Below are positions 9,472 through 19,560 of a DNA stretch of 50,034 nucleotides, piece after piece. Positions within the stretch are counted from its first letter, which is position 1, and each line of letters starts with the position of its first letter. The DNA is from Candidatus Onthoplasma sp. Its GTDB lineage: Bacteria; Bacillota; Clostridia; Christensenellales; UBA1242. The notes under the pieces were generated by a model, which was not told where the DNA came from, did no database searches, and worked only from the letters and a program-made list of their open reading frames with translations. Position numbers and translations under genes: made by a program. The stretch is from the NCBI GenBank assembly GCA_050874685.1, contig JBNMLD010000002.1:1-50034 (forward strand), read 5' to 3'.

Positions 9472-9481
9472 AATTATATAT

Positions 9482-9834
9482 GGGGGTGAAACAGTTTCGA
9501 CTGTTATGCTTCGATTTGATACGCACGTCGAGAGACATCTCGTTAAATATGCGCTTGTTTTTGTACAAGTTTAAATAAATCAAAACAATAACGAACTTGC
9601 TTACGCTGCTTAATGCGTAGCCGTCAGTTTAGCAGTACCGATATGCTAAAATCTGATGTCAGTTATCGGTTAAAGATTGATTTCGTTGCCTAGCAAATTC
9701 AATTTACTTTTAGGCTAGAAATTTGCAAGTGTTGGTGTGAGTTGCAAATTTTAAGATATACTCATCAACTAAACGTGTAGTGTATGATTTCCAAGTATGG
9801 CAGGACATGGGTGCAAATCCCATCATCTCCACCA
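9482..9834 (+). ncRNA. ssrA: tmRNA (SsrA)
   Basis: 5' GGGGGTG...GTTTCGAC. The 3' end is GGGTGCAAATCCCATCATCTCCACCA (T-arm plus acceptor), with a G3:U wobble in the acceptor stem. The tag reading frame ends ...AAC AAT AAC GAA CTT GCT TAC GCT GCT TAA (..NNNELAYAA*, stop at 9611..9613). Confidence 0.95.
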
Positions 9835-9854
9835 AATGTTAAAAGTTAGAAAAA

Positions 9855-9891
9855 AGTAGTTAGAACCATCTAACTACTTTTCTTATTTTTT
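9855..9891 (+). terminator. rho-independent terminator of ssrA
   Basis: AGTAGTTAGA-acca-TCTAACTACT followed by TTTCTTATTTTTT. Confidence 0.85.
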
Positions 9892-10163
9892 GATTTTCAC
9901 CAACCATTTTGTCAGGTACTAAATATGATAAATCTTTGCCTGGTCTCCAGCAAAATCTATATGCTTCAATTTTAGCAATATATTAATCTAGCGATGTGCT
10001 AGAAAACCATATTAAAACATATCTCTGTTACTTAAAAAATATTATTATGCAAATTTTTGATTAACTCAAAAACGACATAATATTTAATTTTGTTTAGCCC
10101 TATCATAAGGCAAATTTATATCAGTCAGCATAAATTGTTATATTGCTGATTTAAAAAACGGTA

Positions 10164-10192
10164 TTGACAAGCAGGTATCCCCATGTTAAAAT
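10164..10192 (+). promoter_or_regulatory. near-consensus promoter of the 51-aa/PIN-like cassette
   Basis: TTGACA (10164..10169), 17 nt, TGtTAAAAT (extended -10 ending at 10192). Confidence 0.7.
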
Positions 10193-10213
10193 ACCACCAA
10201 CAAAGGAGCATTT

Positions 10214-10369
10214 ATGAGCAACTTAATATTAGCAACCGCATCAAGGAACAGCACTCAAGTTCAATTTGAAAAATCTGCAAAAATGATGCAAGCAAAAACC
10301 TATGAACAACAAAACATAGAATTTGCAAATTTTATTTTAAAACATTCTAAAAAAGGTGGTAAACAATAA
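10214..10369 (+). CDS. small protein (51 aa), candidate antitoxin/partner of the downstream gene
   Basis: It is below the 60-aa cutoff of the ORF track. AAAGGAG lies 6 nt before the ATG. It reads MSNLILATASRNSTQVQFEKSAKMMQAKTYEQQNIEFANFILKHSKKGGKQ*. Its stop overlaps the next start as TAATG. Confidence 0.5.
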   Translation: MSNLILATASRNSTQVQFEKSAKMMQAKTYEQQNIEFANFILKHSKKGGKQ

Positions 10370-11214
10370 TGAAATTTTCAGGGTCAGGTTTTTATCATGA
10401 AAACACATACATTGCTTTAGACAGTGATTTGATTATTTGTTTTGCAAACATGTATGATAGTTATAAAAAAACTAATTTAGTTTCAAAAAGTTACCTAAAT
10501 AAAAAGTTATTTGCCGTTCAAAACAATTTTGACGAATGCAAATTTATATTTGATTGCATATTAGACGGCTCAATCAAGCCAGTCGTTACCAATTCAATAT
10601 TCAATGAAATCAGCGGTAGCATTTATGGCAGGTCAAGTGACAATAAAATGGTTATTGACTTTTTAACAACATTCTGCTACACACCAAAAACCAATGAATT
10701 ATTATCAAAGCGCAGAAGAGATAAAATTCAAGTTTTGGCAAAAGCATATTGCTTGCCATACAAAAACAAACAAGGCAAAACATTTGATGCTCCAATGAAT
10801 TTTACATACAATGCCTTTCACGACATGACAGTGCCTGAAAACGATGCCGTTGCAATGGCTGAAGCAACTTGCTTAAATGTATATTTCTTGACATATAACG
10901 GTAAACATTTTGTTTGGCGCAACAAAGGCTATTGGAACTTTGATGACGATGCTCCAGCAAAAGAAAGAACTGTTGGTATTGTTGAAATAAACAAACAAAA
11001 AGGCTATTTTACAACAACCAAAATTGGCACAGAAATTGTTCCAAAACCTATGCACTTGCGTGATTTTGTGACAGCAATCAAAAACTGTGATGGTGGGTTG
11101 CACTATTTTGATGTTGCGCAACCTGATGAAGATAGGCTTGTAAAACTTGCTGGTCAAATCAATTACGAAGAATTTAAAGAAGAATTAGACAACAGTGTAA
11201 ACGATAATTTTTAA
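10369..11214 (+). CDS. PIN-like (VapC-like) nuclease-domain protein with a C-terminal extension of about 95 aa
   Basis: PIN-type signature spacing read by eye: YIALDSDLII (first Asp), PVVTNSIFNEISG (Glu) and ENDAVAMAEATCLNVYFLTYNGKHF (the D.xIAA.A...L.T.N..F motif). It is translationally coupled to the upstream small ORF. Confidence 0.45.
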   Translation: MKFSGSGFYHENTYIALDSDLIICFANMYDSYKKTNLVSKSYLNKKLFAVQNNFDECKFIFDCILDGSIKPVVTNSIFNEISGSIYGRSSDNKMVIDFLTTFCYTPKTNELLSKRRRDKIQVLAKAYCLPYKNKQGKTFDAPMNFTYNAFHDMTVPENDAVAMAEATCLNVYFLTYNGKHFVWRNKGYWNFDDDAPAKERTVGIVEINKQKGYFTTTKIGTEIVPKPMHLRDFVTAIKNCDGGLHYFDVAQPDEDRLVKLAGQINYEEFKEELDNSVNDNF

Positions 11215-11265
11215 AACGATTTTATCAGTTAATATTATGCAAAACCCTATATTTAAAAAAATATG

Positions 11266-11296
11266 AAAAAGGCCCTTCAAATTAAGAGCCTTTTTT
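11266..11296. terminator. bidirectional terminator between the PIN-like gene and smpB
   Basis: AAAAAGGCCCTT-caaatt-AAGAGCCTTTTT hairpin (one mismatch), flanked by an A-run and a T-run. Confidence 0.7.
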
Positions 11297-11319
11297 AATA
11301 CCATACACCACTTACCAAT

Positions 11320-11790
11320 TTAATTTTGCCTACGTAAATCTCTTTCAATCTGTTTTGTTTTTAATGTCTCTCGCTTATCTGCAAGTTTTTTGCCACGTGC
11401 AACCGCCAATTCAATTTTAAGATTGCTTCCACTGAAATATGCTTTTAAAGGTACAAGTGTTAGCCTTTCTTGTTCAATTTGCTTTTTTAATTTTTGAATT
11501 TGCACTTTATGCAACAATAATTTTCTATCTCTTCTAGTGTTATCGCCAACTCTGCCAGCATCAAAACTGTTTGCATATTCTTTTATATAACTGTTACGCA
11601 AATAGACTTCATCATTTTTAATATATCCATAGCAATCCACCAAAGAAAAATGCCCTGCACGCACAGATTTGATTTCATCTCCTGTCAAAACGATGCCTGC
11701 TTCCAAGGTTTCTAAAATTGTATATTCAAACCTAGCACGTCTATTTTCCGCCACCAATGTTTGATTTGTTTTTATGTTTTTTTCTGCCAT
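11320..11790 (-). CDS. smpB: SsrA-binding protein SmpB
   Basis: NRRARFEY...EAGIVLTGDEIKS...RDRKLLLHK...GKKLADKRE; typical SmpB length and motifs. Confidence 0.95.
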   Translation of the reverse strand: MAEKNIKTNQTLVAENRRARFEYTILETLEAGIVLTGDEIKSVRAGHFSLVDCYGYIKNDEVYLRNSYIKEYANSFDAGRVGDNTRRDRKLLLHKVQIQKLKKQIEQERLTLVPLKAYFSGSNLKIELAVARGKKLADKRETLKTKQIERDLRRQN

Positions 11791-11980
11791 AATATTATTA
11801 TAACATAATTTTGGTTATATTACAAATTTAAAAACAATGCAAAAAATATCTTTTTATATCGTATTGCAAAAGTGCCTTGCCCTGATTAAGTTATTAACAA
11901 ATCATAAAATAAAAAGTTGGAACAAATCTAAAACTGGCATAAAAAAATTGAGTAGATAAACCACTCAACTTTTTTATAAA

Positions 11981-13207
11981 TTATTGCTCTTCTTTTATCA
12001 ATACAATTGTTTGTGTTGAAATTTGAAGTTCTTCAACATTGTTTGTAATGTTTGCTTGGTGACCTTCAGTTTGATAAACACCAACTCTTTCAGCATTTGC
12101 ACTTGAAATTGTTGCATAATTGATGATAACTGTTGGTTCGCCACCTGGATAACCGCAAGCATCAACAACGATTGCATCACCAGTTGCTGTGCAACCACCA
12201 AATCTTGTTGTGTGGTCTACTTTGTTGCCATTGCCAACAAGTGTTGCGCCATTGATTGTTGTAACACCACTTTTGATGTAAAGTGCAGTATTAGCTTCAA
12301 TTTCAGCCACACCGATATTTAATGCACCACTATTTGGCATATAAACGCCAATTTCGCCACCTTGAACTTTTGCTCCGTCCATGATGTTGATTGTGTAATC
12401 GCCACGGCCTTCAGTTCCATTACCGCTGACAGCAATTGTTGAACCATTAACTTTTGCTGTGCCATACAAATCAAGTTGTGAATTTGCTTGTTCAATTGTT
12501 ACTGCATTTTTGTTTGTGAATTTATTGTTGTAGTTTGCAAAGATTGTAAAATCAGCATCAACTGTAAGTTTACCACCATTTTGAATCCAAACACCAAAAC
12601 CATCAGCAACAAGTGAACCATTCAACAATCTCAATTGTTTGTTTGCTGTACGATAAGCCAAATCAAAACCACTAACTTTAGCCATAATTGTGTGTCCACC
12701 AAAGTCAATAGTGATATCTTTATCAACAGATACTGTTGCAGGCATTTCATAATCTTTCAACAATCTAATGCTTGCGCCGTCTGTCAAACCGTCAACAACT
12801 GCAGTTGTCAAATTGTCAAAATATACCAAAGTTCCATTTGAATTTACTTCGATAACCGCTTCTTCACTAACTCTGCCACATTCGCAAAGATATCCTTGAT
12901 AATTGTGGTCTTCTCTATCTGTCAATTCACGGCCACAGGTGCCACAAACTTGCCAGTGTTGAGTTGATGTGTTTACCCAAGTGATGTCATTGTGTTGTTC
13001 AAGGTCAGATTTCTCTGTAGAGTGTTCACAAGTTGCATCATGCCAGTGATATGTTTCATCACTTGACCACACTGTTGAATAGGTGTGTTCATGAGCATTT
13101 TGTTTTCCTGGATCTTCCTCATTGTCACAAGCGGTAAGCATGAACAATGAAGCTACCATCAAGCAAATCGCAAAGATGAAACCAAATAATGATTTTCTTT
13201 TTGTCAT
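11981..13207 (-). CDS. lipoprotein with a His/Cys/Trp-rich N-terminal module and beta-helix-like repeats
   Basis: Signal peptide with lipobox LTAC. Next comes HEHTY..ETYHWHDATCEH..HWQVCGTCG..CECG. A Gly/Asn/Thr-rich repetitive beta-strand region then follows (parallel beta-helix-like). Confidence 0.65.
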   Translation of the reverse strand: MTKRKSLFGFIFAICLMVASLFMLTACDNEEDPGKQNAHEHTYSTVWSSDETYHWHDATCEHSTEKSDLEQHNDITWVNTSTQHWQVCGTCGRELTDREDHNYQGYLCECGRVSEEAVIEVNSNGTLVYFDNLTTAVVDGLTDGASIRLLKDYEMPATVSVDKDITIDFGGHTIMAKVSGFDLAYRTANKQLRLLNGSLVADGFGVWIQNGGKLTVDADFTIFANYNNKFTNKNAVTIEQANSQLDLYGTAKVNGSTIAVSGNGTEGRGDYTINIMDGAKVQGGEIGVYMPNSGALNIGVAEIEANTALYIKSGVTTINGATLVGNGNKVDHTTRFGGCTATGDAIVVDACGYPGGEPTVIINYATISSANAERVGVYQTEGHQANITNNVEELQISTQTIVLIKEEQ

Positions 13208-13535
13208 ATTTTATTAATCCCCTTTTTTAAAATTTGAAAGCACTGCTTTCATTCTTGATATAATTGTAACAAATAAATTTTTTAAACTCAACTAAATTTT
13301 ACATAAATTTTCATCTCGACATTTTTCGACATATCCTATTTTTTCACTTTTTTGCTGTTGAGAACTTTTATTTAACTACATTATTAATATATTTCAGCTT
13401 TTGGTTTTTATGCTATACATAGTTTGTATTTATATTTAATAATCACATTAAAACATTAATATTAATCAAATCAATTTATCTCGCTTTGCTAACAATTTTT
13501 GTTTTGTATTTTTTAATAAAACAAAAAAGGCAAAT

Positions 13536-15791
13536 TTATCTTTTGCCTTTTGATGATTTTTTTGAATATGTTTTTGTTGATTTTTTGGTTTGCCTTGTGT
13601 TTGATTTGGCCTTTCCTTTTCCATTTTTTGCATAATTGGCTTTTTTTGACTTGCTATTTTTATTGATAACAAATGCACCAAGTTTTAAATCTGTATCTGC
13701 AAGTGTAAAGTCAATCTGCCTTAATTGAGTGTTGCAATTGGCAACAATGATTTCTATCTTATCGCCAATTTTATAAGTATGCGTTTGCCCATTTAGGCTC
13801 AAACTCATATCATCGTATTCATAGTTATCCATTGGCAGGTCTTCAGCCCTAACAAGCCCTTCAACACCATTGTCAAGTTCAACAAAGATGCCAAATTCTT
13901 GCACACCAGAAATCGTTCCAGCAAATTTTTCGCCCAAGAATTTTTGCATATACACGGCTTTTTTGTAGTCATCAACTTCACGTTCTGCCTCATCTGCGTT
14001 TTTCTCGGTAACACTTGATTGCTCACTTGCCCTTTCAACAATAGGCATATATTTTCGCTTCAATTCGTCCAAAGGCACACCATTGATAAACTGCTTGATT
14101 ATGCGATGAATCATCAAATCTGGATAACGCCTAATCGGGCTTGTAAAATGGCAATAATATTCACTTGCCAAGCCAAAATGTCCCAAACATTGTGGACAAT
14201 AGCGGGCTTTCATCATGCTTCGCAACATCAATTTTTGCATTGTCTGTTCGCCAGGAAGCCCAGCAATCTTTTTTGTGATTATTTGGAAAGACATAGGTTT
14301 GTCGCCGTCAACATCAAGTTGATTTGCAACCCCCATTCCGTTAAGCAAATTTGATATCCTTGCTAATTTGTCAGCATCAGGTTTTTCATGCACACGGTAA
14401 ATAAATGGCAATTTTTTGTCAAAGTAAGTTTTTGCCACACATTCATTTGCCAACACCATGATACTTTCAATAATTTCATGTGCTTCATCTTGAACACGCT
14501 TTTCAATGCTGACAACCTCGCCCGCATCATTTTCCAAAATAAAAGGTTCTGGCAAATCAAATCTAATTTCACCACGTGCTTCACGTATTTTTTTGAGTTT
14601 GTTTGATATTTCTTGATATGTCAAAATGTCCTTATATACATCGGCATATTTATCTATCAAAAGTGTGTCGCCAGCCAAAATATTCATAACTTCGGTATAA
14701 GTCATGCGATGCGATGAACAAATCACAGCTTCTCTTACATTGCTTGAAATCACATTTGCGTCTTTATCAAGCAGTATTTCAACCGACAATGTCAATCGAT
14801 TGACGCCTTCGTTAAGCGAACATATTCCATTTGAAAGTTCTTTTGGAAGCATTGGAATGACTTGATTTGGGAAATACACACTTGTGCCTCTATCATATGC
14901 CGATTTGTCAAGCGCTGAATTTTCAACCACATAATTGCTAACATCAGCAATATGGACATACAATTTATAGCCATCTGCCAAACGTTCAACCGACAATGCA
15001 TCATCAAAATCTCTTGCATCTTCGCCGTCAATTGTTATAACCTTGTGCTTTGTGTAATCTGCACGTTTTTTAAAGTTTTTCAAATCAACAGTTTGACTTA
15101 TTTTTTTTGCTTCGTTCAAAACTTTTGGTTCAAATTTATCAATAAGGTTGAAAGAACGAATAATTGATAATTGTTCTGCTTTTGGTTGGTTTGCTTTGCC
15201 CAAAATTTCAACAATTTTGCCACGTGCAACATTGCCACCAACACTGTCCAAATCTAATTCAACCCACACCTTTTGATTATTTTGAGCATTCAAAGAATTG
15301 CCTTTAAAAATCCTAATTTGAGGCAATCTAGGGTCATCAGGGAAAACAACATCTTTTGATTTTCCTGTAATAAATGTTCCAACAACATGCGTTGTGTTCC
15401 TTTTAAGCACTTTAACAACCCTGGCTTCAATGTCTTGTGATGATTTGGTGTTTGTTATTTCAACCAAACATAAATCGCCGTCTAAAGCACCATTAACAGC
15501 AAATGCTGGTATAAAAAAGTCAGGATAATTTTCAACTTTGGCAAAGCCATAGCCCTTTTTATTTATGCTGATTGTGCCTTTTAAATATCCCCTATCCGCT
15601 GAAATAGAAACTTTGTTTTTATCATCTAAAAACAAACTGCCGTCTTGAATTAAACTCACAATATTATTTTTGACATCAATTTCGGCTTCTTTTGTAAAAG
15701 TTGCCAACTTTTTTGCCAAACTATCTATTGTTGAATAACTTAATTTGTTTTGCCTTATCAATTCTATATAATTTAAATTCATATTAAACAT
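13536..15791 (-). CDS. rnr: ribonuclease R
   Basis: RNB catalytic region (ITIDGEDARDFDDALS), a C-terminal S1 domain (GTISGVQEFGIFVEL) and a Lys-rich tail. Confidence 0.93.
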   Translation of the reverse strand: MFNMNLNYIELIRQNKLSYSTIDSLAKKLATFTKEAEIDVKNNIVSLIQDGSLFLDDKNKVSISADRGYLKGTISINKKGYGFAKVENYPDFFIPAFAVNGALDGDLCLVEITNTKSSQDIEARVVKVLKRNTTHVVGTFITGKSKDVVFPDDPRLPQIRIFKGNSLNAQNNQKVWVELDLDSVGGNVARGKIVEILGKANQPKAEQLSIIRSFNLIDKFEPKVLNEAKKISQTVDLKNFKKRADYTKHKVITIDGEDARDFDDALSVERLADGYKLYVHIADVSNYVVENSALDKSAYDRGTSVYFPNQVIPMLPKELSNGICSLNEGVNRLTLSVEILLDKDANVISSNVREAVICSSHRMTYTEVMNILAGDTLLIDKYADVYKDILTYQEISNKLKKIREARGEIRFDLPEPFILENDAGEVVSIEKRVQDEAHEIIESIMVLANECVAKTYFDKKLPFIYRVHEKPDADKLARISNLLNGMGVANQLDVDGDKPMSFQIITKKIAGLPGEQTMQKLMLRSMMKARYCPQCLGHFGLASEYYCHFTSPIRRYPDLMIHRIIKQFINGVPLDELKRKYMPIVERASEQSSVTEKNADEAEREVDDYKKAVYMQKFLGEKFAGTISGVQEFGIFVELDNGVEGLVRAEDLPMDNYEYDDMSLSLNGQTHTYKIGDKIEIIVANCNTQLRQIDFTLADTDLKLGAFVINKNSKSKKANYAKNGKGKAKSNTRQTKKSTKTYSKKSSKGKR

Positions 15792-15893
15792 TTTAGCAAA
15801 TTTATAAAAAATTACAAATCAAAAATATATTACTAATATAATATTTTAATTGCAAATTAATAACAAAAAAAGGCTCGATTGAGCCTTTTAGTT

Positions 15894-16196
15894 TTAAAAC
15901 ATAGTTGGTATTTTAACCAATAAGCAATATACAATGATAAAGAACACGATAATGCCAGCAATGATGTAACACATTTTTGTGATACGTCCTTCACGAGAGC
16001 CACCCTTGTTTTGTGAATAATAACTATCTTGGTTGCCTGTTAAAACATTGCCATAGTTATCATCGCCTGATATTTGCATAAACACCAAAACAATAAGTGT
16101 CAAAGCAAGCAAAGCCAAGATAACCAAACAAATGCTTTGAAGCACTGGGAATGACTTTGTAATCCATTGTGGAACTGTTCCTAAAATATAACTCAT
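15894..16196 (-). CDS. secG: preprotein translocase subunit SecG (long form)
   Basis: Two TM helices flank a Gly/Asn/Ser loop (..LVFMQISGDD...NKGGSREGRITKM..). It sits upstream of rnr as in Bacillus. GGAGGA RBS. Confidence 0.6.
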   Translation of the reverse strand: MSYILGTVPQWITKSFPVLQSICLVILALLALTLIVLVFMQISGDDNYGNVLTGNQDSYYSQNKGGSREGRITKMCYIIAGIIVFFIIVYCLLVKIPTMF

Positions 16197-16305
16197 AAAT
16201 CCTCCGCAAAATGTTAGATAATGTTGAATGATAAGGTCAATTCAACTTTTGTGCTTTGCGTATTATAGCACACACACAAAATATTGACAAGTAAAAATTC
16301 TAAAA

Positions 16306-16527
16306 TTAATGTCTAATATATGTTAAAAATATCAAGAAAGCAAAAAGCAAAATAGCCAAGATTAAAAAACTGATTTTTTCAAAAGTTTTTTGTGTTCCAT
16401 TGTGCGCTTTAAAAAATTTCATAACACACAGCAAGCCACATGCAAGCAACACAAACCAAATTGTTGCAAACCATAATGATGGCATTGATTGAAAAAAGTT
16501 CACAACTTGATAATACGCAGATTTCAT
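16306..16527 (-). CDS. small two-TM membrane protein, hypothetical
   Basis: 73-aa ORF with an AAGGA RBS and two hydrophobic helices. Confidence 0.45.
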   Translation of the reverse strand: MKSAYYQVVNFFQSMPSLWFATIWFVLLACGLLCVMKFFKAHNGTQKTFEKISFLILAILLFAFLIFLTYIRH

Positions 16528-16603
16528 AATTTATCCTTTGTTTTATTCTAACAAACATTTAGACATTTGTCAATGTTAAAATTTTTCTTAATTAAAATTT
16601 AAT

Positions 16604-18076
16604 TTATTTTAGCAAGGTTGTACCTTCAAAAAATTTGTTTGGTTCAACACCCATAAGGTCAAGGAAAGTTGGAGCGACATCTTTAAGCCCACCTTGTGGT
16701 TTTAATTTGTGATTTTCACTGTCAACAACTGCAAACATCACTTTGTTTAAAGTGTGTGCATAGTGCGCTTCTCCATTAGGATATCTCATTTGTTCGCTGT
16801 TACCATGGTCAGCGGTTATAATCATAAAATAACCATATTTTTTTGCTGTTTCAGCAATCATTTTCAACCTTCCGTCAAGATATTCAAGTGAAGTAACAAC
16901 CGCATCATAATCGCCTGTATGACCAATCATATCAGGGTTTGAAAAGTTCACAATAATTGCATCATATCCGTCTTTGATTGCCTCTACTGTTTCATCAGCA
17001 ATTTTGCCTGCTTGCATGAGTGGTGTTTTGTTGAATTTATCAATTTTAATTGTTGGCACATGAATACGGTCTTCCCCTTTGAAAGGTGGTTCGTATCCGC
17101 CATTTAAAAAGTAAGTTACATGGGCATATTTTGTTGATTCGCTTATTTTAACCTGTTTCAATCCCAACTCTGACAAATATTCACTTAAAGTATTTTTTAC
17201 AACTGTTTTAGGATACAAAATATCTGTTTTTGCAGTTGCAACATCTGCCATTGTAGCAATTTTTGCTGGTCTGCTTGACATAATTTTGACAATTTGACGC
17301 AATCTATCTTCCCTAAAGTTAAAGAACAACAGATAATCATTTTCTGTCAAACTGAATTGTTCTTTTGTTTGAACATGAGTAGGCAAAACATATTCGTCTG
17401 TGTTGCCAATTTTATGCTGATTTGTTAAATAGTTTTCAATCTCTTCGTTGCTTATACCATTCACATCATCGAACATCGCTTTAACAGCCAATTCTGTGCG
17501 GTCATAATTGCTTTCCCTGTCCATTGCATACAATCTGCCACCAATGCTAGCAATTTCACAATTCGGTATCTCTTGCATGTTTTTACGCAATACTTTTAAA
17601 TATTTTAAACTATCCGCACTCCCACAATCTCTTCCGTCTGTGATAAGGTGCAAATAAATATGTTTTGCCTGTGTAGCAAATACTTTCATCAATTCATAGC
17701 AATGTTCAATGTTGCTATGAACATTTTTGTCACTCATCAAACCTATCAAATGGATATCTCCATTATGTTGTTTAACATAATTTTCAACTTTCAACAAAAC
17801 TTGGTTTTGCCTAAATTTGCCAGACAGAATTTCATCTCTAATAAGTTTTGCTGTTGATGGCACAATTCTGCCAGAACCAATTGTCAAATGTCCAACTTCA
17901 CTTCCGCCCATTTCCCCAGCAAAAAGCCCAACCGCTTCACCATCAGTTTTAAGCAATGAGATATTACCTTTTAAACTATCTAAAAAAGGTGTTTTTGCAT
18001 TTGCAACAGCATTGAACTTATCTGGCTTGCCTTCTCCGTATCCATCTAAAACAATCAATATACCCTTTTTGAACAT
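16604..18076 (-). CDS. gpmI: 2,3-bisphosphoglycerate-independent phosphoglycerate mutase
   Basis: LIVLDGYG, GGSEVGHLTIGSGR, ITDGRD and TADHGN motifs. 490 aa. Confidence 0.93.
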   Translation of the reverse strand: MFKKGILIVLDGYGEGKPDKFNAVANAKTPFLDSLKGNISLLKTDGEAVGLFAGEMGGSEVGHLTIGSGRIVPSTAKLIRDEILSGKFRQNQVLLKVENYVKQHNGDIHLIGLMSDKNVHSNIEHCYELMKVFATQAKHIYLHLITDGRDCGSADSLKYLKVLRKNMQEIPNCEIASIGGRLYAMDRESNYDRTELAVKAMFDDVNGISNEEIENYLTNQHKIGNTDEYVLPTHVQTKEQFSLTENDYLLFFNFREDRLRQIVKIMSSRPAKIATMADVATAKTDILYPKTVVKNTLSEYLSELGLKQVKISESTKYAHVTYFLNGGYEPPFKGEDRIHVPTIKIDKFNKTPLMQAGKIADETVEAIKDGYDAIIVNFSNPDMIGHTGDYDAVVTSLEYLDGRLKMIAETAKKYGYFMIITADHGNSEQMRYPNGEAHYAHTLNKVMFAVVDSENHKLKPQGGLKDVAPTFLDLMGVEPNKFFEGTTLLK

Positions 18077-18123
18077 AATCCCCCATTATTAATAGAAAAG
18101 GACACATTGCTGTGTCCGTTCCC

Positions 18124-19305
18124 TTAAACATTTTCAATAACTTCAACACATGGCAATTTTTTGCCTTGAAGCAATGTCAAACTTGCACCGCCACCAGTTG
18201 ATAAATGTGTTATCTTTTTAGCATATCCCAAATTTTGGATTGCTGCAATGCTATCTCCACCGCCAATCAATGAAACAGCTTTGCTTTTTGCAACATATTT
18301 TGCAATCTTGTTTGTTCCCTTGCGGAAGCGGTCGTATTCATAAACGCCTAAAGGTCCGTTCCATACAATAGTTTTTGCCTTTTTAATTGCACGTTTAAAC
18401 ATTTTTATTGTTTTTGGACCAATATCCATACCTTGGTATGATTCGTCAAAGAAACCGCTCATAAAACGTTTGCTGTCGGCATCTTCGCTAAATTCTTTTG
18501 CACCAATGTTGTCAATAGGCAAAATAACCTTAACACCTTTTTCTTTGGCTTTATCCAAAATTTCTTTGGCAAGTTCAAGTTTTGTGTTGTCAACAATAGA
18601 ATTACCAACTGCTCCACCGATTGCCTTTACAAATGTGTAAGACATTCCGCCACCAATCAATATTGTGTCTGCCACATCAAGCAAATTTTCAACAACAGGA
18701 AGTTTATCAGAAACTTTTGCTCCACCTAAAATTGCAACGAATGGGTGCGAAGGATTTGTCATCACCTTATCAAACATTTCAAGTTCCTGTTCAACCAAAA
18801 AGCCAATAGCATTTGGCAACAATTTAGAAACACCATAAGTTGACGCATGTTTGCGATGTGCGGTTGCAAATGCTTCAAACACATAGATGTCAGCAAGTTC
18901 AGCCAAACGAGCAGCAAATTCAGCATTATTCTTTTCTTCTTCAGGATAGAAACGGATATTTTCAAGCATAAGGATATCTCCCTCATGCATTTTATCAATC
19001 ATTTCCTTTGTGTTGTCAGATAAAACATCTTCAGCAAAAGAAACAGGCTTGTCCAACAATTTGCTCAATCTTGAAAGCACTGGTCTCAATGACAATTTGC
19101 TATCAACCTGACCATTTGGTCTGCCCAAGTGTGAACAAATGATTACCTTTGCGTTGTGTTCCAACAAATAATTGATTGTTGGCAAAGTTGCGACAATGCG
19201 TTCATCATCAACAATTTTCAAATCATTGTTGATTGGCACATTATAGTCCACTCTTAAAAGCACACGTTTGTTTGTTACATCAATATCTCTAATTGTTCTT
19301 TTCAT
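18124..19305 (-). CDS. pgk: phosphoglycerate kinase
   Basis: RVDYNVP, CSHLGRP, GGAKVSDK and STGGGASL motifs. 393 aa. Confidence 0.95.
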   Translation of the reverse strand: MKRTIRDIDVTNKRVLLRVDYNVPINNDLKIVDDERIVATLPTINYLLEHNAKVIICSHLGRPNGQVDSKLSLRPVLSRLSKLLDKPVSFAEDVLSDNTKEMIDKMHEGDILMLENIRFYPEEEKNNAEFAARLAELADIYVFEAFATAHRKHASTYGVSKLLPNAIGFLVEQELEMFDKVMTNPSHPFVAILGGAKVSDKLPVVENLLDVADTILIGGGMSYTFVKAIGGAVGNSIVDNTKLELAKEILDKAKEKGVKVILPIDNIGAKEFSEDADSKRFMSGFFDESYQGMDIGPKTIKMFKRAIKKAKTIVWNGPLGVYEYDRFRKGTNKIAKYVAKSKAVSLIGGGDSIAAIQNLGYAKKITHLSTGGGASLTLLQGKKLPCVEVIENV

Positions 19306-19560
19306 TTTAACTCCAAGAATTGTTTTTATCTTGTAAAAGCATAGATGGTTTAAATATACAATCCACCCAAATTATATACATTCATAATAACATACCGAAA
19401 AAAATTTTCAAAATATTTTTTTACAAAAACATTAAATTTGTAAAATATTTTTAAATCAAATTCAAAATTAACTTAACTTTGCAAGTTTGATATATAACTT
19501 TATATTAATTTTACACATGCTTTATGCAAAATTCTTCAAAATATGACATAAATATATAAA

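Noticed and set aside
9835-11320. Integrated mobile element at the 3' end of ssrA
   Set aside because: ssrA is a classic integration site. However, I saw no integrase, no direct repeat of the tmRNA 3' end (..CCCATCATCTCCACCA) downstream, and only two small genes.
13237-13253. Palindrome TGAAAGC-act-GCTTTCA in the 5' region of the lipoprotein gene as a regulator binding site
   Set aside because: It is a single short occurrence with no second copy in the window, and it could equally be a simple 5' UTR hairpin. I noted it but do not consider it supportable as a regulatory site.
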